DNA from: Octopus bimaculoides
Taxonomy: Eukaryota
DNA: 64,000 nt
Direction: 5' to 3'
NCBI RefSeq assembly: GCF_001194135.2
Contig: NC_068994.1
Location: 47,909,873-47,973,872 of the forward strand
Positions 53,201 through 64,000 of the stretch are shown piece after piece. Position numbers and translations under genes: made by a program. Every line of letters starts with the position of its first letter. Position 1 is the stretch's first letter. Under the pieces are notes generated by a model. It was not told the DNA's origin. It was given only the letters and a program-made list of their open reading frames with translations, and searched no databases.

Positions 53201-54547
53201 CACAACTTGTGACAGCATTTCATACTTTAGTCTTACAGTGTATAGCACATTTTTGTTATTCTGTTAATACTCCAGTCACATAGTTCTTATTAATTTGCTT
53301 ATCATCATCATCATCATTAATTAATCAGTTAATTAATTATTAAAATGTGGTGAATTGACAGACTCATTAAGAGTGTCATACAAAAAAGGCCTTGCAATAT
53401 TTGCTACATCACTTTGTTCTGAGTTCACATCCTGCTGATTTTCAGGCTTTCTGAGTCAATAAAGAAAAGTACCAATCTAGAACTGGGTTAGTTTAATTTA
53501 ATCGAATAACCCCTCCCTGTAAATGATGATGGTGGTGGCGGCAGTGGTAGTAGGAGGGGGAGGAGGGAGCAGCAGCAGTGGCATTGATGATTTCTTACAT
53601 AGCTTTGTAATAGCGTCAAATTGACTGGAAAGCAATCAGAAAGATTGCTTTCCAAGCCCTCAGTTCNNNNNNNNNNNNNNNNNNNNNNNNNNNNNNNNNN
53701 NNNNNNNNNNNNNNNNNNNNNNNNNNNNNNNNNNNNNNNNNNNNNNNNNNNNNNNNNNNNNNNNNNNNNNNNNNNNNNNNNNNNNNNNNNNNNNNNNNNN
53801 NNNNNNNNNNNNNNNNNNNNNNNNNNNNNNNNNNNNNNNNNNNNNNNNNNNNNNNNNNNNNNNNNNNNNNNNNNNNNNNNNNNNNNNNNNNNNNNNNNNN
53901 NNNNNNNNNNNNNNNNNNNNNNNNNNNNNNNNNNNNNNNNNNNNNNNNNNNNNNNNNNNNNNNNNNNNNNNNNNNNNNNNNNNNNNNNNNNNNNNNNNNN
54001 NNNNNNNNNNNNNNNNNNNNNNNNNNNNNNNNNNNNNAAGGATGGGCTCTGCCAAATTTAAATGCTCAAGATATACTGTATATCACAACAGCACTACTAC
54101 AACTCCATCAAAATTTGAGGGTCCAAGGCAAGACACAAGCAAGATACCTAGCAAAAATCATTTTTGAAATCCTTTTTATTATTGTTGAACTTTCTTCAAA
54201 ATCCTCCAGGCTCAATAAAAGAAGCACTGGAGTCAATGTGTCCAGCTGTGCCTATCTTCAAAATGTCTGACTTTGTGTTCATATTAAAAAACATTATTAT
54301 TATTATTATGATCAATAGGGCAACAAGCTGGAAGGATTGTTACTGTGCCAGGAAAAATGCTTAGCATCATTTTCTCCGACTTTACATTCTGAGTTCAAAT
54401 GCCACCAGGGTCAACTTTGTCATTCATCCTTTCAGGGGTCGATAAAATAAGTACCAGTTCAACACTGGGGTTGATGTAATCAACTCACCCACTCCACTGA
54501 ACTGGTTGGCCTTGTGCAAAATTTGAAACTAAGAATAGGAGAGGAGG

Positions 54548-54770
54548 TGAGCTGGCAGAAACGTTAGCACGCCGGGCGAAATGCTTAGCGGTATTTCGTC
54601 TGTCTTTATGTTCTGAGTTCAAATTCCGCCGAGGTCGACTTTGCCTTTCATCCTTTCGGGGTCGATAAATTAAAGTACCAGTTGCACTGGGGTCGATGTA
54701 ATCGACTTAATCCGTTCGTCTGTTCTTGTTTGTTCCCTCTATGTTTAGCCCCTTGTGGGCAATAACGAAA
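54548..54770 (+). mobile_element. Young tRNA-derived SINE (family B: gagctggcagaaacgttagcacgccgggcgaaatgcttagcgg...)
   Basis: CpG-intact copy. More than 15 related copies, e.g. 11020-11230(+), 11345-11545(-), 11865-12055(+), 12460-12650(+), 13310-13520(+), 23870-24050(-), 27300-27690(+), 45850-46290(+), 57520-57715(-). Confidence 0.85.
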
Positions 54771-55328
54771 TAGGTATTTTGTCTGTCTTTATGTTCTGAG
54801 TTCAAATTCTGCTGAAGTCTATCTACTTTGCCTTTCATCCTGTCGGGGTCGATCTAATCGACTAGCCCCCTCCCCCAAAATTTTGGGCCTTGTGCCTACA
54901 GTAGAAAAGAATCATTAACACACCAAGCAAAATGCTTAGTGGCATTTTGTCTGTCTTTCTATTGTGAGTTCCAATTCTGCCAAGGTTCACTTTGCCTTTC
55001 ACCCTTTCGGGGCTGATAAAATAAGTACCAGTTGAGTACTGGGGTCGATGTAATCAACTAACCCACACCCCTAAAATTTCTGGCCTTGTGCTTGAATTTG
55101 AAACCATTATTAATTATTATTATTATTATTATTATTGTTGTCATAGTTACCTTTACAATAATCATTGCACAGCAATAATAGGCAGGCTTTTGGCAAACTG
55201 AATCCAAAAGCTACTTTCAACTCCCAGTTGTAGCCAATTCTATTTTGGTTTTACACAATGGAAGGGTGTTGACTTTGTCACTACTGTAGACAACTTGGTC
55301 ATTCGATAGTAAGTTTTTCATCACTGAG

Positions 55329-55377
<49 letters not shown>

Positions 55378-56563
55378 TGTGTTCTCTCTCTCTCTCTCTC
55401 TCATTTGATATGTTGCCAATTTAACACCTTGTGCTGGAAAGAAAGAGGCACAATGCCAACTGGTTGTGAGGGCACAGACTCTTCATCTTTTCAGATCATT
55501 ATTTGGTTGCCATTTTTGTACACTCATCCCTTCTGATTATTCACTTCTCCGGTTTCTCTCCCTGCTTTTGTTGTAGTACTACTGTGAAGAAAAAAAGTAG
55601 GGTTTCTGGTGAGACATGGTGGTGACCTGGTTTCAGTTCCAGCCACTTAATTACACTAATTGTCATAAGGAGAAGCATTAATGTCATAATTTCTTGTTTC
55701 CATCCCATCTTTTCACTAGACACTCCAAAGGCAATTTTGTTGTTGTTGTTGTTAAGTCATAGGTCAACCCTGACGCAATAGACTTGTGATTATAGGGATT
55801 CATCCTGTGACCATCCTGTCTTTTATTCATACATAGTTCATGACTAGAATCAGAGCTACATTATCCAATCTGTCCTTCCTTTCTTTTAAGACAGTTGAGT
55901 GGGATTTGAGGAATATTTCGCTGTTATTTCTAGCAGGTTGAGCAACCATGCAGAGGCACTCAAATTGGAACTGCTTTGTATATGTAAGAGAGGTAAATTT
56001 ATTAGCATACTAATAAATTACTGGTAAATATGTTACTAACTGTTGAAGGCTGAATAGCATCGAAACCATTAAGATTTTAACTCAGTAGTGTTATTGTATA
56101 GCCCCAGGTCAACACTGATCCAGCTGCCCTATAATGAAAAGGCAAGATCATATTTTTTGTTTATGTTCTAACATATCTAGGCTAAGTTATTGTAATAATT
56201 TATCTGATGTGCCCTTGCTTTCTTTTAAGAAGGGGTTTATTAGACAGCTATTTTAAGCAGGTTAAGTGGCCATGTAGAGGAAGACTCTATCATTGGTTCA
56301 CTACCATTGCCGTTAATGTTAGACAGTGCTGGTAATGGTAGTGTTTAATACAAGCATTGCAATATACTGTCTGTTCAAATCCCATATTGACTCTGTGCTA
56401 CCTTTCATCTATCTGCCAACATCAATATTACAATGTGTGTGTGTGTGTGTGCGCACTTCCCTTTTTCTGTAAACTTCTGTAACATCTGGTGCCTAGGCTA
56501 AACCCAGTCCTCATTTTCTTAGCCTGTTTCTCTGCAATGCTTTTTTAGTTTTACTGACTCCAG

Positions 56564-56628
56564 ATTAACTAATTTCATGGCTGTCGGTACGTTTAACTTC
56601 ACAATGCATGCTGGTCGCAGAGCACAGA
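56564..56628 (+). CDS. Candidate exon (65 bp, phase 2-1): LTNFMAVGTFNFTMHAGRRAQ
   Basis: Acceptor ttttttagttttACTGACtccAG; donor AGA|GTAAGC; only phase 2 is open. Confidence 0.6.
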
Positions 56629-57372
56629 GTAAGCTTGCAATAAGCCAAATCCGCTGCTGGTTTCAATTGAATCAATGCCCCCTTGTGCACTCGAGAAAAG
56701 CAACTACATTATACCATCTAAATTCTTATTTCCTTCCAGGCATGCGCCTAAGTCAAAAATTATTACAACAGCTTAGCCAAAAGAAGTGGGAGCAAATAGC
56801 TGTATAACACAAAAGTTCTGAACTGAATACTTAACATTAATTACTATTCAACAATTAATGACTTGGTATTTAATTTGGGAAGTACAACTAACATGCTGCC
56901 TAGTTTAACACCACCACCACATGATTCTTGGCTTTCTGGAATTCCCTCTGGTTCCCTCTCTGCACACCTCTGCATCAATTTCACTAGTGTGGGAGTGGAG
57001 CTTGTAAAGATCAGAGACATAACTTCTACTTTTTAACTCATTTAATAAAAAAAAAAAAGAGAGAGATTCTGTCCTCATATGCAGGGCCAACTTTGCTATA
57101 CTTATATTGCTCTTGCTTCAGTTGCTTATACCACTTCTTCTGTGGAACATTTGCTCAAATGAAAGCAATCACATGCCTCTTTCAGGGTTGTGGGTTTGCC
57201 AGAAACAATAGAATTCCAGAATAAATAAAATGGTTCCTAGGGTGATTAGATATATACTAATTTGATGAAATAAGTTGGCCTCATATCTAGTCTAAAGAAT
57301 TTAGAAATACTGCAAAAAAAAAAAAACAGACTAAATGCTTTCTACAATATTTAGTTTTTGCCTGTTTTGAAG

Positions 57373-57403
57373 AAGTTGGGTTTACAAAAAGTAAAAACCA
57401 AAG
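57373..57403 (+). CDS. Candidate 31-nt exon (phase 1-2): (K)VGFTKSKNQ
   Basis: Acceptor tttttgcctgttttgaAG (tandem AAG/AAG); strong donor AAG|GTAAGG; in frame with 56628. Confidence 0.45.
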
Positions 57404-57784
57404 GTAAGGTTTTGCACGAAATGTTTGCTTCCCCTCCTCCCTTCACTGCATGCACACACTCATTTTTATTTGAGGAAAATATTTATTATATTTAATAAAC
57501 AATGGTTTAATTTTTTTACACAAGGCCTGCAATTCTGGAGATGGGTATAAGTATTTACATCAACCCTAGTGCTCCACTGATACTTATTTTATTGGCCTCA
57601 TAAGGATGAAAGGCAAAGTTGACCTTGACAGAATCTGAGCTCAGAACATAAAGAATCAGAAGAAATGTCACCAAGGATTTTTCCCAATGTGCTAACGACT
57701 CTGCCAGTTCATCATCTTATATTTGATAAATAATAACAACTTTTATTACCATTACTAAAGAATTAGAGAAAAAAAAATTATAAT

Positions 57785-58525
57785 TATTTAAGGAACTTAG
57801 AATCAAGAGGTTTTGAAGTAAACATGGGAAAGACAAAAGTTTTGATATGCAGGTAAGAAGATAGGATCTACTGTTTTCTGGAAAGTACCCATATGCTGTA
57901 TGTGATAATAAAGTAAGTAATAAAGTCATAATGTTCGCAGTGAAAACTGAGGTGCACAAAAGATGCAGTGTAGTACAGGAAAACTAACTGAGATCTTCAT
58001 ATGTAGCAGAAGTTATAAGCAATAAGAGCACTCATAAAATAAATTATTTTTCAAATGTTTAGAAGATAGCTTTTGTTAACTAGGTGACCAAATTAGCAGT
58101 TGAAAACAGACATTGGGAAGCGTAGTTGCCAGTATAAGTATTCTCTTATTAAGCGAAGGGCAGAGTGTATGGTGTTTGTGTATTAGGTGCAATATTGCAT
58201 GATAGTGAGACATGGACTTTGAATGTAAAGGACGTGCAAAAGCTGGGAAAGCAGTGCACCACTGGATGTGTAATGTAACTATGCAAGAATGACAACACGA
58301 ATGAAACAAAGAAAAATGCCATGTAAGAGGAGTCAGAAGTTGTGTGCTCTCAAGAATACAATGTGGAGGATGGTAGTTAGGTAAAGAAGTTCCAAGTGAT
58401 TCAAAGGGAAGTAACTTGCCAAAAGGGAAGACCAAGGAAGGAAAACGTGTTGAAAGCTCATCTCAGGAATTGACAATCTCAAGGAGATGAAGGGACCACA
58501 ACAAACCATGCAAGCATGGGAAGAC
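57785..58525 (+). mobile_element. 5'-truncated RTE-clade LINE fragment
   Basis: NLESRGFEVNMGKTKVLIC, KGRVYGVCVLGAILHDSETWTLNVKD, HWMCNVT, GRPRK; ends in the accatgcaagcatgg tail. Confidence 0.8.
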
Positions 58526-58699
58526 AGATCCGGTTGTTTACGTCCCCCGTAACTTAGTGGATTGGCTGATAGAATAAATATTAGGCTTACAAAGAATAAG
58601 TCCTGGGGTCGATTTGCTCAACTAAAGGCAGTGCTCCAGCATGACCACAGTCAAATGACTGACACAAGTAAAAGAATATATATATACACACACACATAC

Positions 58700-58960
58700 A
58701 TCCACCCCTTACTTGTTTCTTAATTTCCCTCATAGAACAGCATTTCTAACTGGTTTCTGTCCCTTCACTTGTTTTTTAAAACTTTTCTCTTTCACTGGCT
58801 ATTGCTGTTTCTCACTCTCTCTACATTTCTCTCTTCTGATGAAGGTTTAACACCCAAAACATTAAAATGCTATCTCTTTCCTTTAAAGGGTTATGGCTAA
58901 TGCCTTATTTGTTAAATCTTGTTCCTCCTGTGTCGTCTTACTGCATTGTTCATTGTATTT
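58700..58960 (+). mobile_element. Penelope-like element terminal-repeat relic
   Basis: tctCTGATGAaggtttaacacccaaaacatt core preceded by CT-rich sequence; a further ccgatgaagg copy is cut by the gap at 59249-59263. Confidence 0.45.
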
Positions 58961-59113
58961 ACAATATGCATGTTGGCGTTAGGAAGGGCATCCAGCTGTA
59001 GAAACTCTGCTAAATCAGATTGGAACCTGGTGTAGCCATCTGGTTTCACCAGTCCTCAGTCAAATCGTCCAACCCATGCTAGCATGGGAAGCAGACGTTA
59101 AACAATGATGATG

Positions 59114-59144
<31 letters not shown>

Positions 59145-59814
59145 ATTAAGGGATCAGCAAATATTTGCTTCACCACATACCGAAGTTCAGAAATAGCAGC
59201 TAAAAAAGCTGAGACTCCAACAGATAGCATTACTACTGGAATATCATACCGATGAAGGAAATTNNNNNNNNNNNNNNNNNNNNNNNNNNNNNNNNNNNNN
59301 NNNNNNNNNNNNNNNNNNNNNNNNNNNNNNNNNNNNNNNNNNNNNNNNNNNNNNNNNNNNNNNNNNNNNNNNNNNNNNNNNNNNNNNNNNNNNNNNNNNN
59401 NNNNNNNNNNNNNNNNNNNNNNNNNNNNNNNNNNNNNNNNNNNNNNNNNNNNNNNNNNNNNNNNNNNNNNNNNNNNNNNNNNNNNNNNNNNNNNNNNNNN
59501 NNNNNNNNNNNNNNNNNNNNNNNNNNNNNNNNNNNNNNNNNNNNNNNNNNNNNNNNNNNNNNNNNNNNNNNNNNNNNNNNNNNNNNNNNNNNNNNNNNNN
59601 NNNNNNNNNNNNNNNNNNNNNNNNNNNNNNNNNNNNNNNNNNNNNNNNNNNNNNNNNNNNNNNNNNNNNNNNNNNNNNNNNNNNNNNNNNNNNNNNNNNN
59701 NNNNNNNNNNNNNNNNNNNNNNNNNNNNNNNNNNNNNNNNNNNNNNNNNNNNNNNNNNNNNNNNNNNNNNNNNNNNNNNNNNNNNNNNNNNNNNNNNNNN
59801 NNNNNNNNNNNNNN

Positions 59815-59862
<48 letters not shown>

Positions 59863-60014
59863 TACACATAACTATACATATACACATATACATACACACA
59901 CTCATAGTCATTCATAAATCTTATGTATTTAACATCAATTACTAAAATATGAACAGCTTGAAACAGGGGCTACATATTCACAGCTAGCTTGGGCTTATTA
60001 CTTGCATTTCACAG

Positions 60015-60120
60015 GCCTGATTGTCGTTGGAAAGAGCGCCCATCATTCCTCTCTGCTTGTCTGTCCATTAGAAACAGAGTTAAAGACAAAAGAAGAACGA
60101 AATGCATCTTATCTTTCAAA
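60015..60120 (+). CDS. Candidate exon: (R)PDCRWKERPSFLSACLSIRNRVKDKRRTKCILSFK; 3' boundary uncertain, may be terminal with stop at 60195
   Basis: Acceptor ttacttgcatttcacAG; phase-2 frame is open and compatible with 57403; no convincing donor, and the frame runs into a (GT)n tract. Confidence 0.35.
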
Positions 60121-60529
60121 GTGTGTGTGTTTGTATGTGTGCATGTGTATGTGTGCATGTGTATGTGTGCGAGTGAATTTCAAATGTACATTTAAACAAA
60201 AAAAAATTAAATTGTACAGTGCATTATTTTCCAACTTAAACAAAAAAAAATCTTTTGAGTTTTGGAGATGTTTTATACGTAAAAGTCAGCTTCTTTCAGA
60301 ACATTTCTGTTAAAATTTAAAGGTTTTATCATTCATTATCCTTTTTTTTTTCTTTTCTTTTTTCTTTCATTTCTTTCTCTCTGCTCTTGGATGTTTTCTT
60401 TTTCTTTTCTTTTTTTTTTAAATTTGGTTTTGGTTTTGAGACTTGCAACTGATGACCTAGAAATATTTGTGCAATGTGTCGTCTGATACAACGTTCAGAA
60501 CTGACGACCTTCTCACGGTGTTGTGCTGG

Positions 60530-60805
60530 TGGTGGTAGTGTTACTGTTGTGGTGATGGTGGTGGTACTGCTGCTGCTGGAAGTGGTGGTGGTGGTGGTAA
60601 TGTTCATAGTGGTAGTGGTGCTGCTGCTAGTGGTAATGGTGATGGTGGTAGTGTTGTTGATTATGGTGATGTTACTGCTGGTAGTAGCTATGGTGGTGGA
60701 GATAGGGGTGATGGTACTGCTGCTGCTGGTGGAGGAGGGAAGTTGTGTTGATAACACTGATGATACTGGTGGTGTTCGTAGTAGTATTAGTAGTGGTGGT
60801 ATTAA
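60530..60805. repeat. Degenerate (GGT/GCT/GAT)n trinucleotide region
   Basis: Direct; produces spurious poly-Val and poly-Thr ORFs. Similar tract at 61670-61925. Confidence 0.9.
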
Positions 60806-60819
60806 TGTCAGTGTTGTTT

Positions 60820-61650
60820 AACCCCAGGTCAACCCTGATTGAGCAGACGACCTATGATCAAAGGTATACCAGTCATGACCATCTCGTCTTTTTAGAGGTT
60901 TATAAGTCTGCATTATCAAATGTATCTTGTCCATATATAAAAAGATTTGATGTAGTTTGAGGAAAATTCTGCTGCTATTTCTAACCGTTCGAACGACCAT
61001 GTAGTGGATTCCCTCGTTTGGCTCTTAGAAATAGTGTTATTGTCGCATACACATCTGTGCCCTTGTGGCTAATAAAGAAATTGTTATTATTATTATTACG
61101 TTTAGTATTAGAAGTGGTGGTGGTTCTAATTGTCAGTTTTGATTGAGTAGCCTAATGATCAAAAAGCATTCCAGCTATGACCATCTCGTCTGTATGTACC
61201 GAGAACTACATTGTCCAACGTCCCCACACTTACACACACTCGCACTTTTTTTTTAGAACGCAATGTGGATTGAAGGAAGGAAATTTTGCTGCTATTTCTA
61301 GCGGATCGAATGGCTTCATTGGGAGCTTCCCTCGTTGTAGTTGTTTTGTTGGCGCGGGCGGTGGTGGCGGTGGGTGGTGTAGGAAGTAATAATGGTATTA
61401 AGGTGGCGGTGTTAGTTGTGATGGTGATATTAGTAATGTGTTGTTGTTTATAGCTCCAGGTCAACCCTGATCAATGCGTATTTCCAGCCACAACCATTTT
61501 GTCTGTTTAGGGGTGTGTAGGATTTCGTTACCTAACGTGTCCTTTCCCTTTATTTATTTATAAGATATGATTTTGAGTGAGGGGAGGAGGTATGGTCGCT
61601 ATTTCTAACTCGACGAGTGACCACGTAAATGCTCTCACTCGTTGGCTCGA
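60820..61650 (+). repeat. Three head-to-tail copies of a ~200-bp interspersed repeat (accccaggtcaaccctgat...gctatttctagc...ccctcgtt) separated by trinucleotide tracts
   Basis: Shared motifs at ~60820-61025, 61150-61335, 61455-61650; further copies ~52100-52400(-), 55755-55960, 56095-56290, 63215-63380, 63435-63620. Confidence 0.7.
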
Positions 61651-62059
61651 GTTTGGTTGGTATTAAGTATTATTGTTGCTTTGGTGTTGATGGTGGTGGT
61701 GGTAGTGATAGTGGTGCGTTATTTTGAAGGAAATGATAGTTGTAGGGGTAACGGTTGTAGTAGTAATAGTAGTAGTAGCAGCAGCAGCAACTGAGGCGGC
61801 GGCGGCGGAGATCGTAGCTGCGAGTAGTATTAATAGTAGTGGTGGTGGTAGCTATGGCTAATGGTAATATTGTAGTAGTAGTTGTAGTAGCAGTAGTGGT
61901 GTGACTGCTGTTGCTGTTGCTACTGACGTTGACACTAAGTCAAGTCTTTCAAATTAGGTTTGATGAGTAAACCACGAGTTAGTCAGTACAGAAATGGGAC
62001 AAAATCGATGTGTATGTTGTAAAAATAAATAAATAGATGTAAAAGTATTAAAAAAAAAA

Positions 62060-62835
62060 CAACTAGCCAACTAGGGATTTATTTAGCAATGGTGGTAGTG
62101 TTGCTAGCACCAACTCTTGTCTAGTAGCTAATTACTTTCTTGCTTTCACTACTAAGCAACCAGCTAGCTATGTATAAGCTTTGTAGCGCTGGGTGGTGGT
62201 GACGGTGGTACTTGTGATTCTATCACTAACTTTTGCATAGTTGCTTAATTACTTCCTTGTTTTACTAACCAAACAGTTAAACAAATAGGGAGGGGATATA
62301 TTAAAAATAAGCAAATCTCAAATGACACCCTAACATCCATTATAAAGGATGCATTGCCTCAACGTGTTATAATTCCATTCACATCTAGAATGCATAATGG
62401 GAATAAAAATCCGAATAGTACTTGATTGGTACTTTATTTTATCGTACCCAAAAGGATAAAAGGCACAGTTAACTTAACAAGATTTGATCTTATAAACGTT
62501 AAAGGACCGTACTTAAATATTACAAGGCATTTTTTTTTTTTTACCGGACCGTAACTTTTTTGGTCATAGGTTTGCTGAATCTGAGCTAAACAACACCAGC
62601 AACAATCAACTAGGAACTTGGCAACGGTCGGTAGTTGTAGGTGTGTGATGCTAGCACCAACTCTTTGCCTAGTTTTCTTTAATAAATGCTCTCGCTTCAC
62701 TGTGAGCTAAAAACTAGGGACTTGATAGCAGCAGCGGCAACAATAGTGGTAGTGAGGACCGACGAGCTCTTGCTTAGTTGCTTATTAATTTTCTTATTTT
62801 ACTGGCAACTAACGAAACAAGCAAGCAAGCAACCA
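62060..62835. promoter_or_regulatory. Second cluster of RFX-like half-sites within a diverged local duplication
   Basis: About nine GTTGCY/RGCAAC motifs in ~750 bp; 62060-62280 resembles 62605-62830. Confidence 0.35.
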
Positions 62836-64000
62836 ATTATCAACGCAACCCTAACACTACACCCATCTCATCTCCTTCGCTCACCATGTCACTATTGCAC
62901 GTAGGCACAAGCTGCTTATACCTCTTTCTCTCTTTCTTTCTTTCTCGCCCAACATGAATATTTATAACGTTTATATTTGAAAATAAACGAACAAACATAA
63001 ATAACCACCACTAAACAAGGTCACCATATTTACAATCGTGCTTGTGTTGTTGTTGTCAGTGTTAGAGATGGCGGTGGTGTTTCAGTGTTGACGTGTTTTG
63101 TTGGGGGCTAAGTGGTATTCTTTTATTGTTGCTGTTGTGTTAGTGATGTAGAGGAAGTTATGAACTACTATTACTGCTGTACTTGCACTGATCCATTAAC
63201 TTGTGTTGTTTAAACCCAAATCAGCCCTAATCGATTAGCGACGTTCCAGCCATGTCTATCCCCTCTTTTATTCAAATAGTTTTATGTAGGACTACTTGTG
63301 TCCTATTTTTTTCAACACAGTAGTGTGTCTGTGTGAATTAAGGGAGGTTTAGCTACTGTTTCTAGCAGGTCCAGCGACTACGGTCATTACTACAATTTTT
63401 GCTTGCATACAAACATTAATTGATTTGGTGTGTTGTATAGCCCCGAGTAAAACCTACACGAGCAAACCTATAGACAAAAGCACTCCATTTCTGACCATAT
63501 CGTCTTTTTATTTCAAACCATGCATCGAGGACCATCGAATAATATCCCTTTTAAAAAGACTAGGGTGTTATTTGGAAGAAGATTCGGTTGCTTTTAAGCA
63601 GATCGTGCGACCGATTAGAGGAGGCTTCCTCGTTTGTCTCAATGGTAGTGTGTGTGTGTGTGTTGGTCCAGAGGAATATCAGTGGTGTGATGAAGTGAGC
63701 TAGTTACATACACACACTCACATTCACACATGCTAACATACACATACACGGCCTTCAACATTCATCCCCCCTCCCTCACTCTGTCTCTCAACTACCAACT
63801 GCTATCATATATTGTGAAGGCGACGTCGGTGCCCGAAGCAGGAGTAGTAATAGTAGAGGAAGCAGCAGCAGAAGTGGTAGTAGCAGTAGTAGTTGTCTGA
63901 AACCTTGCACTGCTTTTTAGCAATGTAGCTAGTCAGCCTGAGAAACTTGCTTCAACATGCAACTAATCTTGCTGGATTTGCGTGTTTCCTACATATATAT

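Noticed and set aside
56740-56807. In-frame acceptor 111 bp after exon 56628 giving SMRLSQKLLQQLSQKKWEQIAV*
   Set aside because: Could be an alternative last exon but has no nearby poly(A) signal or other support.
56905-57090. GTRGNS peptide resembling the RFX DNA-binding domain (RRLGTRGNSKYHY)
   Set aside because: Only six residues match; flanks are unrelated and splice signals are poor.
57790-57852. Apparent exon ending in CAG|GTAAG
   Set aside because: Translates to NLESRGFEVNMGKTKVLIC, part of the RTE LINE fragment.
60329-60821. Thr/Ser-rich and Val-rich ORFs (mucin- or membrane-like)
   Set aside because: Trinucleotide microsatellite on both strands.

Overview
AT-rich, microsatellite-dense animal DNA with seven N-gaps. 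The SINE/LINE/MITE families suggest a coleoid cephalopod, most likely Octopus (inference, not searched). None of the supplied ORFs is a credible stand-alone gene. Most of the window looks like introns of one or two + strand genes built from very small exons. One frame-compatible pair is 9514-9576 + 12767-12877. One frame-compatible chain is 31635-31685, 32580-32622, 38506-38601, 43318-43339, 56564-56628, 57373-57403, 60015-. The product is unidentified; it has a weak RGS-domain-like motif. The rest is transposon-derived: tRNA-derived SINEs, RTE and CR1/L2 LINE relics, Penelope-like ends with hammerhead-like cores, and Tc1/pogo, TTAA (piggyBac-like), hAT and Helentron-like non-autonomous elements. 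Best second-look items: the micro-exon gene, a near-perfect ~200-bp-arm fold-back ending 28 nt before a 3' splice site, and two dense RFX X-box-like motif clusters (24.3-25.3 kb, 62.1-62.8 kb). All calls are by eye; repeat boundaries are approximate.
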